Below, piece after piece: positions 1-9,342 of a stretch of 23,862 bases of DNA. A program made the position numbers and the translations under genes. The notes beneath the pieces are model-generated. The model made no database searches. It was not told the origin of the DNA and saw only the letters and a program-made list of their open reading frames with translations. Each line of letters starts with the position of its first letter. The first letter of the stretch is position 1. The stretch comes from Promethearchaeota archaeon (GTDB lineage Archaea; Asgardarchaeota; Lokiarchaeia; Sigyniarchaeales; SOKP01): contig JBHLOI010000049.1 of assembly GCA_048940645.1 (NCBI GenBank), positions 1-23,862 of the forward strand. Direction: 5' to 3'.

Positions 1-560
1 GTCCGACCTGCTGCTCTTTCTTCTGAGACGATATTTGCAAATTTAACTAAATTTTCTCCAGCAGGTCCAATACAAGCGACCTGTGCTTTAAGATCTCCAA
101 ACCACTTTTTTAATTTTTCTGTTGTATAGTATGTACCTTTTCCCCATAACTCACTTGCGTCCTTAAGATCTATCTTATCATCCTTAATTGCTAGATAAAT
201 AGGTTTATTAGCTATACCTGAAATTATAATCCCATCATATCCTGACTTCTTTAATTCAGCACCAAACCAACTACCACAGTTAGATTCCCCCCAAATCCTT
301 GTGTAAGGAGATTTTGAGCAAATAACCCATCGTCCTGTATTTGGAACAAACGTTCCGTTTAATGGACCAGTCATTATCATAATAATGTTCTCAGAAGAAA
401 GCGGATCTGTTTTTTGCTCTAATTTATTATATAGATAACGACAAGCATAACCTGCTCCACCTAAGAAATTTTTAGCGATTTCTTCATCTAGATGCTCCTT
501 AAACACTTCAGAATTAGTTAAATCGATCTTTAACAATTCGCCCCTAAAACCTTTTAAAAT
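1..560 (-). CDS. aor: Tungsten-dependent aldehyde:ferredoxin oxidoreductase family protein, N-terminal part (runs off the left edge of the window)
   Basis: Not in the ORF track. Manual translation of the minus strand gives (I)LKGFRGELLKIDLTNSEVFKEHLDEEIAKNFLGGAGYACRYLY...DPLSSENIIMIMTGPLNGTFVPNTGRWVICSKSPYTRIWGESNCGSWFGAELKKSGYDGIIISG...DASELWGKGT...ACIGPAGENLVKFANIVSEERAAGR, which carries the typical AOR N-terminal motifs. The start codon is uncertain (ATT at 560 or TTG at 536). Confidence 0.9.
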   Translation of the reverse strand, partial: MLKGFRGELLKIDLTNSEVFKEHLDEEIAKNFLGGAGYACRYLYNKLEQKTDPLSSENIIMIMTGPLNGTFVPNTGRWVICSKSPYTRIWGESNCGSWFGAELKKSGYDGIIISGIANKPIYLAIKDDKIDLKDASELWGKGTYYTTEKLKKWFGDLKAQVACIGPAGENLVKFANIVSEERAAGR

Positions 561-712
561 AGCTACACACCTTTATCAATAAAAGCATTATTCGATTGTA
601 ATGTGATAATTCACTCCTTATTTATTATTGTTATGTTTAATTTCTATAAATTCAACAAATTTATGAGTTATTACAAGAATTTTTTTTAATTGTGGTAATT
701 TATCTTTGTATT

Positions 713-1219
713 ATGGTATCTGAAAGTAAGGTAAAATGGAGTGATCTTGTTTCTCCAACTATCACTACAGATGAGTACCTAAAGATTTATAATGATAAGA
801 TTGCCTACAATTACAAAACATATAAGCTTAAAATTGATGTAATTAAGAAAATAGAAGAACTCCTAAATAGCAAAGATGAAAATTTAAAGATATTGACTTT
901 TGGAGCAGATTGGTGCCCTGATTGCTCAAAAAATATCCCTCGAATGATCAAGATCATTAAGCATATGAATAAAATAAATGTGGAGTTTAAAATTTTATAT
1001 GGAATTATGAAGAATGCATTTCACAAACCTGGTGAAACTATTTGGCATAAAACACGATCCCCACCAGAAGCAGTAGATCCCAAATTTGAATTAAAAAAAA
1101 TTCCGACCTTTTATTTTTTCGATAAGAATGGAGATTATCTTGGAGCTATTGTAGAAAATCCAAAAAATGAGTCTACTTTAGAAGAAGATTTACTTGAAAT
1201 AATTCAAAAGAATCTATAA
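713..1219 (+). CDS. Thioredoxin-fold protein (WCPDC active site)
   Basis: FGADWCPDC CxxC motif and KIPTFYFFD cis-Pro loop. ATG at 713 is preferred over the GTG at 692 in the ORF track. Confidence 0.8.
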   Translation: MVSESKVKWSDLVSPTITTDEYLKIYNDKIAYNYKTYKLKIDVIKKIEELLNSKDENLKILTFGADWCPDCSKNIPRMIKIIKHMNKINVEFKILYGIMKNAFHKPGETIWHKTRSPPEAVDPKFELKKIPTFYFFDKNGDYLGAIVENPKNESTLEEDLLEIIQKNL

Positions 1220-1333
1220 TAGTATTCTAATTCTTCCACCTTTACTCTCATTTTATTTAATATTTTGACTTTGGAATCCGAATTTAATGTTAGCAAATTA
1301 ACATTTAAATTCATGATTACTTATAATAATCCT

Positions 1334-3379
1334 ATGTCAAAACTAAAAGTAAAGAAAGTCATTATTTTTAAACATGGAGTTTCCTACTATATTCTTGAGG
1401 GTATTATTCAAGGAACTGATACATTTGAGATTGAATTTAAAATAGATGAGATGGATGATATATTAAAATCTCTTTTCGTTTTAGATACGAGTGATAAGGG
1501 ATATATAAGCTCAATATCCTATGACGCTGCTTTAGAAACCTCTCAATTATTAAAATCAATAATGTTAAACATACCTGATATTGATGCATTTAGTTCTCTT
1601 GTTGCACAAATTAAGGGTGCCAACGTTGACTTAACTATTGGTGGTGGAAAAAAGATTTCAGGAACGATAATGGGTGTTGAGACAGTAGAAAAAGCTATTA
1701 AAAATGAAAAAATTTTTGAAAAAAAACTAGTTTTGTTAGAAGATCAGGAGTCTATAACAAAAATAAGCTTTGATGAGATAAAATCATTAGATATCTTAAA
1801 TGAAGATATTAAGAAAGATTTGAAATTTTTCTTGGATACAGTTATCGCTGGAAAAAAGAAAGATGCTAAAAAAATTATTATCAATTGTGAATCTGGTGGA
1901 GATGAAGATATTGAAAGGAACATTTTTGTATCATATATTAGAGAAAGTCCAATTTGGAAGACCTCGTATCGCTTAATCATGAGTAAACAACAAGCATTGG
2001 AGGATAAGTGTTTATTATCTGGATGGAGCTTAATCGAAAACACCACCAACCAAGATTGGGAAAACATTGAACTAAGTTTGGTTGCTGGAATGCCCGTTTC
2101 TTTTAAGTACGAATTTTATAGACCAATTTTCATCCAAAGACCTGTAATTCGACCCCCAAGAGTATTAAGTGCAAAACCAACTGAGATTGAAGAAGGATTA
2201 GAAAAAGAAAAGTTTAGGGATTATACTATGGCAGAAGCGGTTGCTCCATCAAGAGCTATGAAAAGAAAAGCGAAGATGGCCGCTCCCGGAGCACCACCAA
2301 GTATGGCGCCACCAAGTGGAGGTTTTGGAGCTCTAGGTAGTACATTATCCGACGATGTACTTATGGATAAAATTAAAACTCAAACGCAAACACAAACTAA
2401 GGATTTAGGAGAACTATTTGAATACAACATAGCAAAACCAGTTTCAATAAAGAGAAAACAATCGGCTTTAGTGCCTATTTTAACGGAATCAATTAAAGCA
2501 AAAAAAGTGCTACTTTACAACAAAAATGAGCATGATAAAAATCCTAATGCTTGTATTGAGATAACTAATAACACAGAACTAACTTTAGAAAGAGGACCCG
2601 CTACAATAATTTATGACGATAATCTTGCTGGAGAAGCTATTGTTCCCTTCTTGAATAAGGGAGATATTAGACTTTTAAATTATGCTGTTGAACAAGCTAT
2701 CATAATAACTCACGAGCAAAAATCAGAAAATCTTAGTGTACATAAGGTTACGTTCGGAAGCGGATATTCTTATGAACATTACTATACTAATCTTACCACA
2801 ATTTATAAAGTAAAAAATAAAACCGAAGAGGAAAAGGAGCTATACCTTGATCACCCGAAAAATTATGATTATAAATTCATTGAAAAACCTATTGATCCTG
2901 AGGAAACTCCTAATTATTGGCGTTTTAAAATTTCATTAAAACCTAAGGATGCGATTACTTTTACATTAAAGGAACAAAGAGAGAATTATACTAGCAATTA
3001 TTTATGGAATTGGTCAAGAGATGACTTTCTTAAAAGGGTTGGGTTTTATGTAAGAAAGAAATTTATTGATACAGCACTTGAAAGTCAACTTAAAGAAATT
3101 GCAGAATCAATCCAAAAATTAAATGACCTTAAAAATAAAAGAGAAAAATTATATGAAGAAAGAGACGTAATGACAGATGAGCAAGCAAGACTTCGAGAAA
3201 ATATTTCTGTATTGGGTGATGATTCTCAATCAATTTCATTAAAAGAGCGATATGTTAAAAAATTAAATGACCAAGAAAATAGATTTGAAATAATATCTAA
3301 AGAACTAAAAAAGTTGGATAAAGATATCGATTCTCTAAGTAAGGAAATTCAAAATAAAATGGAAAAATTACCTTCCTAA
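1334..3379 (+). CDS. DUF4139/DUF4140-type protein with C-terminal coiled coil
   Basis: N-terminal KKVIIFKHGVSY, then DDILKSL, PIWKTSYRL, LIENTTNQDWENIELSLVAGMP and GELFEYNIAKPVSIKRKQSALVPI resemble this family. The last ~90 aa show a heptad pattern. ATG at 1334 (MSKLKVKKV) is preferred over the TTG at 1265. Confidence 0.7.
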   Translation: MSKLKVKKVIIFKHGVSYYILEGIIQGTDTFEIEFKIDEMDDILKSLFVLDTSDKGYISSISYDAALETSQLLKSIMLNIPDIDAFSSLVAQIKGANVDLTIGGGKKISGTIMGVETVEKAIKNEKIFEKKLVLLEDQESITKISFDEIKSLDILNEDIKKDLKFFLDTVIAGKKKDAKKIIINCESGGDEDIERNIFVSYIRESPIWKTSYRLIMSKQQALEDKCLLSGWSLIENTTNQDWENIELSLVAGMPVSFKYEFYRPIFIQRPVIRPPRVLSAKPTEIEEGLEKEKFRDYTMAEAVAPSRAMKRKAKMAAPGAPPSMAPPSGGFGALGSTLSDDVLMDKIKTQTQTQTKDLGELFEYNIAKPVSIKRKQSALVPILTESIKAKKVLLYNKNEHDKNPNACIEITNNTELTLERGPATIIYDDNLAGEAIVPFLNKGDIRLLNYAVEQAIIITHEQKSENLSVHKVTFGSGYSYEHYYTNLTTIYKVKNKTEEEKELYLDHPKNYDYKFIEKPIDPEETPNYWRFKISLKPKDAITFTLKEQRENYTSNYLWNWSRDDFLKRVGFYVRKKFIDTALESQLKEIAESIQKLNDLKNKREKLYEERDVMTDEQARLRENISVLGDDSQSISLKERYVKKLNDQENRFEIISKELKKLDKDIDSLSKEIQNKMEKLPS

Positions 3380-3393
3380 CTTTTCCCCTTTTT
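3380..3393 (+). terminator. Pyrimidine/T-rich tract after the DUF4139 gene, possible archaeal terminator
   Basis: cttttccccttttt directly after the stop codon; weak evidence in an AT-rich genome. Confidence 0.3.
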
Positions 3394-3495
3394 TAGAAAA
3401 GTAATAATATTAGTAAATTATTAGATGAGTTTTTAAAACAGAAAAAAACTTAAATTATGATAGATTTTATATTATTAATTTTGAAGGTGTAAACC

Positions 3496-3711
3496 ATGAG
3501 TATTGAAGAACTTGAAGATCAAGTTGAAAAATTATTAGAAGAAAGAGATAAACTTGAAGAAATTTGTGATACGCTCCCTGAATGTGAACAGGATGATGGA
3601 TGTGAAACCTGTGAAACTTATAAAAAGATAGCTGAACTTGAAGAGAAAATTGAAGAAGTAGAAGATAAAATTGAAGATTTAATGGGAGAAGAAGAGGAAG
3701 ATGAGGAATAA
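3496..3711 (+). CDS. Small acidic coiled-coil protein with central Cys4 motif
   Basis: 71 aa; SD-like GAAGGTG at 3483-3489; C-x5-C-x5-C-x2-C between two heptad helices; poly-Glu tail. Confidence 0.75.
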   Translation: MSIEELEDQVEKLLEERDKLEEICDTLPECEQDDGCETCETYKKIAELEEKIEEVEDKIEDLMGEEEEDEE

Positions 3712-3757
3712 GTTTTTTCTAATAAATTTAAATTAATATTATTTTATTTTATTTTAA

Positions 3758-4654
3758 TTATAATTTCTTTAATTCTTTAATCGCTAATTCAATTCCCTCA
3801 TCTATCGTTATTTTCGGGAGAAATTCAAGGTTATTTTTAGCTTTAGTTGGATCAGCATAAAATTTGTTTACATCGTACGATCTTGATTTAGTAAATTTTA
3901 TATGGCTATTACTCTCTGTCTTCTGTATAATTATTTCAGCTAATTTTCTTAAAGTAACTGGAATACCACTTGAAATATTATAATGTTGAAATGGAATATC
4001 ACTTTTCAAAACTTCTTGAAAACATGCATATATCCCTTTAACAGTATCATTAATATAGGTAAAGTCAAATAGTTCCTTGCCAGTTCCGTTAATAACTAAA
4101 TCTTCATCCTTTAATGCTTGAAGAATAAATTTCGGGATTACTCTATCTAATTGATCCTTAAGACCAGTATATACATTTGAAAATCTTAAAACTCTTGTTT
4201 TCAACCTATAATGCTCAGTGTACATTTTACATAAATCTTCTCCTGTTACTTTTGAAATGCCATATATATTAATCGCATTTCGGGGAGAATCTTCTGTAAC
4301 AGGCAAAATTTTTGGTTCTCCGTAGACTTCTCTAGATGATCCAAAAATAATCCATGGATGTTTACAATTAACCACTTCTTGTCTTGCAGCGTCAAGAATG
4401 CTAATTGTCCCTCCTATATTAGTTTGTATACATTCTAAAGGATTTTCTTGAGCAATTTTTACCCTACTTACTGCAGCTAAATGAATAACACCTTCAATAT
4501 TATTGATTTTTGACTGTACACGATTAAAGTCTTTCACGTCATCTTTAGGATTATCTTTGATATCATAAGACACAGTTTCAATGCCTACTTTTTCCAATAA
4601 CTCTATAAGAGCTGATCCTATAAATCCCGCACTTCCAGTAATTAAAATCTTCAT
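3758..4654 (-). CDS. NAD-dependent epimerase/dehydratase (extended SDR, GalE-like)
   Basis: TGSAGFIG Rossmann motif, HLAA, SSREVYG, YGISK (YxxxK), LRFSNVY, DFTYIND. Confidence 0.9.
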   Translation of the reverse strand: MKILITGSAGFIGSALIELLEKVGIETVSYDIKDNPKDDVKDFNRVQSKINNIEGVIHLAAVSRVKIAQENPLECIQTNIGGTISILDAARQEVVNCKHPWIIFGSSREVYGEPKILPVTEDSPRNAINIYGISKVTGEDLCKMYTEHYRLKTRVLRFSNVYTGLKDQLDRVIPKFILQALKDEDLVINGTGKELFDFTYINDTVKGIYACFQEVLKSDIPFQHYNISSGIPVTLRKLAEIIIQKTESNSHIKFTKSRSYDVNKFYADPTKAKNNLEFLPKITIDEGIELAIKELKKL

Positions 4655-4769
4655 TATTAAATCAAATTTATGGGTTAATATTTCCTTTAATGTTTAGGGC
4701 TATTATCAATTCAATTAGTAAATCTAGGAAGATTAATAAACTTAAAAGTTTAATATAAAACTGATAATT

Positions 4770-5219
4770 ATGGAAATTAGCTATATAATTGATTTACTGG
4801 AATTTATTATCATCAATATTTTCAATCTATCGGTATTTGCACTTTTTTTATCGCGTGTAAAAAGACCAGGAATATCAAAAAATATTGGGATCTTTTCCTT
4901 ATCGCTTGGAATCCCAACGTTAACCATTGCAATAATTAACCTTATCCTCCAACGTCATTGGTGGTATTGGTTTTTTCCTCTACTATTAGTAGGATTTATA
5001 TTATTTAGTTTAATTGTGGATTATATTAAGAATATTGAATTTCGAAACCCAAGCAAGAAATCCATCTTGATCCCGTTTCTTATACTATTTTATGTGAGCA
5101 TAATTTTAATGTGGGGATTAACTTGGGCATTAGGAGTTATTTATGGAGGTATTACTGCTATTACTTACTTTTTACAACTGTTTGGCGCTTTTTATGCAGG
5201 TAAACATGGTGTTGGTTAA
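4770..5219 (+). CDS. Hypothetical multi-pass membrane protein
   Basis: About five hydrophobic segments in 149 aa; no family motif recognised. Confidence 0.7.
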   Translation: MEISYIIDLLEFIIINIFNLSVFALFLSRVKRPGISKNIGIFSLSLGIPTLTIAIINLILQRHWWYWFFPLLLVGFILFSLIVDYIKNIEFRNPSKKSILIPFLILFYVSIILMWGLTWALGVIYGGITAITYFLQLFGAFYAGKHGVG

Positions 5220-5341
5220 TAAATTATCTGAATTAAAAACCCAACCTCCTTAATATAAAAAAAACTTAAAAAATCACATTATATTTTCCTCATTATAATT
5301 ATTTTCTACTAATAATTTAAAATAAAAAATATGGATCGAAA

Positions 5342-6640
5342 ATGAGCGAAAGAAAAAAATATGAAATCCAAGCTATTAATGATGAAATTTTAGAAAAAAT
5401 GAGCCTGAAAAATCGGTATGCTTTCTTAAATAATAATTTGACATCCATTTTATCTCCAAAGGAATTTAACTTTTTACGTGAAGTTCAACGCTTTTGCTTG
5501 AGATTTGAGAAAAAAAATAATATAACTCATGGACCTGATGAAGATATTTATGATTGGGTACCCGCATTCGGAGAAAAAGGATATATTACTCGACAACACA
5601 GTTTCGATATGTGTGATGTACACTATGATGAGTGGGGATTGGCAGCCGATTTAATGAGAAATATAGCACTTGATATGTTTGATCCCCAGTTTGCTATGGG
5701 AGGGGGAGCTACCGTACTAGCCATCAATCCTGTCTATGAGCACCATGAGCATGTTCCTGTTAGATTAGAGGCTTTAAAAGAATTAGTTACAGGGCAAAGC
5801 CCAGGAGCTATATTAATTACCGAACCAGAGAGAGGTTCTGATGCTGTACATCAATTAACAACCTGTGATGAACAAGAAGATGGTAGTTTTCTTCTAAATG
5901 GAACAAAAATCTATAATACCAATGCTCCAAAATCAAAATGGGTTGTATGTTATGCAACAGCAGAAAAGAATGTAGGCTCTAAAATGGCCCAATTCTTAAT
6001 AAATACAAATTGGGATGGATTTAAGGTTGAAAGAGTCAATATCCCCTGGGTTCCTAAATTATTCTTAGGTAAAGAGACTTTAACTAATGTAAAAGTTCCA
6101 AAAGAGTATATATTAGGAGGAGTGGGAAGAGGAAGAGAGCATCTTTTTGAAGGTTTAGTCCCAGAACGAATTTCAATCGCAATTATGAGTATTAGTGAAT
6201 GCTGGGGGGCGTTAGCTTATGCAATTATTTATGCCAATCTTAGAAAGCAGTTTGACCAAGAAATTTTAAAATTTCAAGGCGTTGGATTTTTACTGGCAGA
6301 TTTATGGGCTCGAACTACAAATGTAACTATTGGGCTTCTGAAATTTTGCGAAGCCTATGATGAAAAATATGAAAAATTTGGTGGAGAAATTCCTAAAAAC
6401 ATATCACAGGCAATGGTTGCATCAGCTAGTCAGTTTAAATATCATGCTGCTAAACTGTCTAGAAAAGTCTGTTATGAATGTGCTAACAATATGGGTGGCG
6501 CTGGGTTATGTGATAACACGTTAATGCATGATTATTTGAATATTTCTCGAATACAAGAAATTGTTGGAGGATCACGACAAATCCAACAATATATTATGAG
6601 TTTAAGCCTTAGAACTTTATTTAAAATGTCTGTTTCTTAA
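5342..6640 (+). CDS. Acyl-CoA dehydrogenase family protein (paralog 1)
   Basis: ITEPERGSDA, LNGTKIYNTNA, RKQFDQEILKFQGV, MGGAG, EIVGGSRQIQ. Confidence 0.92.
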   Translation: MSERKKYEIQAINDEILEKMSLKNRYAFLNNNLTSILSPKEFNFLREVQRFCLRFEKKNNITHGPDEDIYDWVPAFGEKGYITRQHSFDMCDVHYDEWGLAADLMRNIALDMFDPQFAMGGGATVLAINPVYEHHEHVPVRLEALKELVTGQSPGAILITEPERGSDAVHQLTTCDEQEDGSFLLNGTKIYNTNAPKSKWVVCYATAEKNVGSKMAQFLINTNWDGFKVERVNIPWVPKLFLGKETLTNVKVPKEYILGGVGRGREHLFEGLVPERISIAIMSISECWGALAYAIIYANLRKQFDQEILKFQGVGFLLADLWARTTNVTIGLLKFCEAYDEKYEKFGGEIPKNISQAMVASASQFKYHAAKLSRKVCYECANNMGGAGLCDNTLMHDYLNISRIQEIVGGSRQIQQYIMSLSLRTLFKMSVS

Positions 6641-6664
6641 ATTTTTTTTTTTATTTCCTTTTTT
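6641..6664 (+). terminator. Oligo-T tract between the convergent ACAD genes
   Basis: Long T-run (attttttttttt...tttcctttttt) immediately after the stop of 5342-6640. Confidence 0.4.
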
Positions 6665-6748
6665 AATAATTAGAAAAGGTATAAAAATGAGTCTGTAAAA
6701 TTTCCTGTAAAATAAATAAAAGAAAAATGGAATTCAAGAGAAATTATT

Positions 6749-8050
6749 CTAAATTCCTGTCATCTTGTATAGGGTTCTCATAGCCATAGACATAATGTAT
6801 TGTTGTATCTGCCTACTACCACCGACTATTTCCTGAATTCTAGATATATTTAATAAGTCATGCATCAAGGTATTGTCAGATAATCCAGCACCCCCCATAA
6901 GGTTTGCTGCTTCATAGCAAATCTGCATGGAAAGGGAAGTACAATGATATTTAAACATTGATGCAGAAGCTACCATAGCTTGAGAAATATTTTTTGGCAA
7001 TTCACCACCAAATCTTTCTACTTTTTCATCATATTTCTCACAGAAGCGCAATAAACCTAAAGTAACGTTAGTTAATCTTGCCCACAAGTCAGTTAATAGA
7101 AATCCAACACCTTGAAATTTTAAAATTTCTTGGTCGAACTGCTTCCTATTATTTACATAGATCGCAGCATGGGCAATCGCATTCCAACATTGAGAAGTGG
7201 AATCTAATGCGATACCAATTCTTTCAGGTACCAAACCTTCGAATAAATGTTCTCTACCCTTACCAATTCCACCTAATACGAATTCTTTTGGTACTCTTAA
7301 ATTTACGAAGTATTCATGGCCTAACCATACTCTTGGAACCCAAGGGATGAAAACACGATCACAATTCCAGCCCTCCCATGAGGTATCAATAAGGAATTGG
7401 GCCATAGTGTTCCCATTGTTTTTCTCTGCAGTGGCATAAGCGACAACATATCCTGCCTTAGGGGCATTTGTATTGTAGATTTTTTCACCATTCAAAATAA
7501 AGCTCCCATCTGGCTGTTCTTCGCATAGGCTCAACATATGAACTGCATCTGAACCTCTCTCTGGTTCTGTAATAAGTATTGCTCCAGGAGTCTCCCCAGT
7601 AACAAATTTCTTTAAAACTTCTAATCTAATTGGAATGTTTTCATGATGGTAATAAACTGGATTTATGGCGAGAACGGTAGCTCCCCCTCCCATAGAGAAT
7701 TGAGGATCGAAAAAATTAAGGGCAAGGCACCTTAATAATTCAACAGCCATTCCATTTTCTGGATAAGTAAGGTCAATCTCATCATATGGGTGGGCTCTTG
7801 AGATTAAACCTTCTTTTCCAAAATCAGGAATCCACTCATATAAATCCTCATCACCACTATGAGTTATATCATTCTTTTTTTCATACCGCATACAGAATTT
7901 TTCAGCTTTTTTAAGGAAGTTAAGCTGCTCTGGTTCTAATGCAGTCATTAGAGTAGTATTGAGGAATTGATATCTATTTTTTAAGCTTAATTTCTCAAGG
8001 ATCTCATCATTAATGGCTTGATTCATAAATTTGGTCTTTTTTTCTTCCAA
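6749..8050 (-). CDS. Acyl-CoA dehydrogenase family protein (paralog 2)
   Basis: Same motifs as paralog 1. TTG start preceded by SD-like AGAGGAG (minus strand, 8064-8058). Confidence 0.92.
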   Translation of the reverse strand: MEEKKTKFMNQAINDEILEKLSLKNRYQFLNTTLMTALEPEQLNFLKKAEKFCMRYEKKNDITHSGDEDLYEWIPDFGKEGLISRAHPYDEIDLTYPENGMAVELLRCLALNFFDPQFSMGGGATVLAINPVYYHHENIPIRLEVLKKFVTGETPGAILITEPERGSDAVHMLSLCEEQPDGSFILNGEKIYNTNAPKAGYVVAYATAEKNNGNTMAQFLIDTSWEGWNCDRVFIPWVPRVWLGHEYFVNLRVPKEFVLGGIGKGREHLFEGLVPERIGIALDSTSQCWNAIAHAAIYVNNRKQFDQEILKFQGVGFLLTDLWARLTNVTLGLLRFCEKYDEKVERFGGELPKNISQAMVASASMFKYHCTSLSMQICYEAANLMGGAGLSDNTLMHDLLNISRIQEIVGGSRQIQQYIMSMAMRTLYKMTGI

Positions 8051-8349
8051 CTTTTAACTCCTCTTTAAGTTTTTTTAACATTTTATAGGAATAGTAGTAT
8101 GCTTAAAAAAATATGATTTATCTTTTTAATTTTGTTAAAATTTTATTTTCTAAATCGTAAAATACTGTGTTAATTTTAGGAATTTTTACTAGAATTCGTT
8201 ATATTTTAGATTTAATTAAGCTATAATTATAGTTAATCTTAGTACTCACTTTTTTATTTTTCAGCATTAATTTCTGGAAATTTAACAATTCTTAACTTGA
8301 AAAATAAAGATGAAACATCCTATAACTAGCTTCAGAAAGAGAATAAAAA

Positions 8350-9096
8350 TTATGTTATAAGTTTCCTTAATCTCGATGAAAACTTTTTAGAAATAATCAT
8401 GGCTGTTTCAAATGGACAACTTTTTTTAAATTGAATAATTGAAATAAAATTATCTATTCCAACAAGCGAGAGTATTCCATATTCCTCAAGCGATATTAAT
8501 TCGTGTATTCTTGAATTGCCTATAATAAATCGACTTTCTAGAAGTCTAATTATTTCTGATAAAACATTTGTATCTAAATAGGAAACAATTATTCTGCCTG
8601 TCTGAGTTAACAATGCTGAAGAAATAACAAATGATGAAAAAGTATGTAATTCTTGAAAAACTTCTATCAGGTCTTTTTGAATTTCTTTAGATATCAATTT
8701 TTTACTTCTCTCCATGATCTCGTGGATATTATCCTCAAATTCCAGATACTTTGAGACTTCTCCATCAAAATTATCTGTTAGGAGATTTAAATCAAATTTA
8801 TCCAAAAATTGATTTTTAATTTCTTTCAACTGATTTCTTAGTTCGACTAAATTGTCCGTACGATCACTAAACAAGGCAAACATTAATTCGCTGGAATTTG
8901 CTTTCTCAATTTCAAATATAAATCTAAACGGTCCAACCTCAATTTCAGATAATTCTTTTGTTCGAAGAGTTTGCTTTACAAAACTAAAAATTGCACTCAA
9001 AAAACTACTTGTTAATTTAATATTAAAAATATCTTCATAAGTCTTATAAAAAATTAATTCTCCCGTTGATTTCATTATGAAGATGTTTTTAATCAT
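8350..9096 (-). CDS. Probable longin-like plus roadblock/LC7-like two-domain protein (Asgard eukaryotic-signature type)
   Basis: N-terminal MIKNIFIMKSTGELIFYKTY...LTSSFLSAIFSF...ELSEIEVGPFRFIF...MFALFSD pattern is longin-like. C-terminal VISSALLTQTGRIIVSYL pattern is roadblock-like. Pattern recognition only. Confidence 0.6.
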   Translation of the reverse strand: MIKNIFIMKSTGELIFYKTYEDIFNIKLTSSFLSAIFSFVKQTLRTKELSEIEVGPFRFIFEIEKANSSELMFALFSDRTDNLVELRNQLKEIKNQFLDKFDLNLLTDNFDGEVSKYLEFEDNIHEIMERSKKLISKEIQKDLIEVFQELHTFSSFVISSALLTQTGRIIVSYLDTNVLSEIIRLLESRFIIGNSRIHELISLEEYGILSLVGIDNFISIIQFKKSCPFETAMIISKKFSSRLRKLIT

Positions 9097-9342
9097 ACCA
9101 ATCTCAAATTAAATTATTCTTAAAAATTACCTCTATATTTCTTTTATGAAAGTTTATCTATAAAAACTCTTTTACATACTAAAATATTAATATGGTGGCA
9201 ACTAACTTTTAGTATCCTTTCTAAAAATTATTTTTAATTAAAACGATAATAAGGAAAATTAACCCAAAACACCCTCAAATAATAGGAAAAATTAATCTAT
9301 AAAGAGAAATCAAAAATTTTTTATAAAATTAGAAAAATAAAA

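Noticed and set aside
1744-2067. 107-aa antisense ORF
   Set aside because: Lies wholly within the DUF4139-type gene on the opposite strand; no motifs.
2227-2340. GC-richer Ala/Pro/Met-rich segment with repeated caccaag inside the DUF4139-type gene
   Set aside because: Explained by a low-complexity protein linker (APPSMAPPSGG); no sign of a separate RNA or repeat element.
7078-7439. Two short plus-strand ORFs (7078-7350, 7197-7439)
   Set aside because: Antisense shadows of the acyl-CoA dehydrogenase gene.
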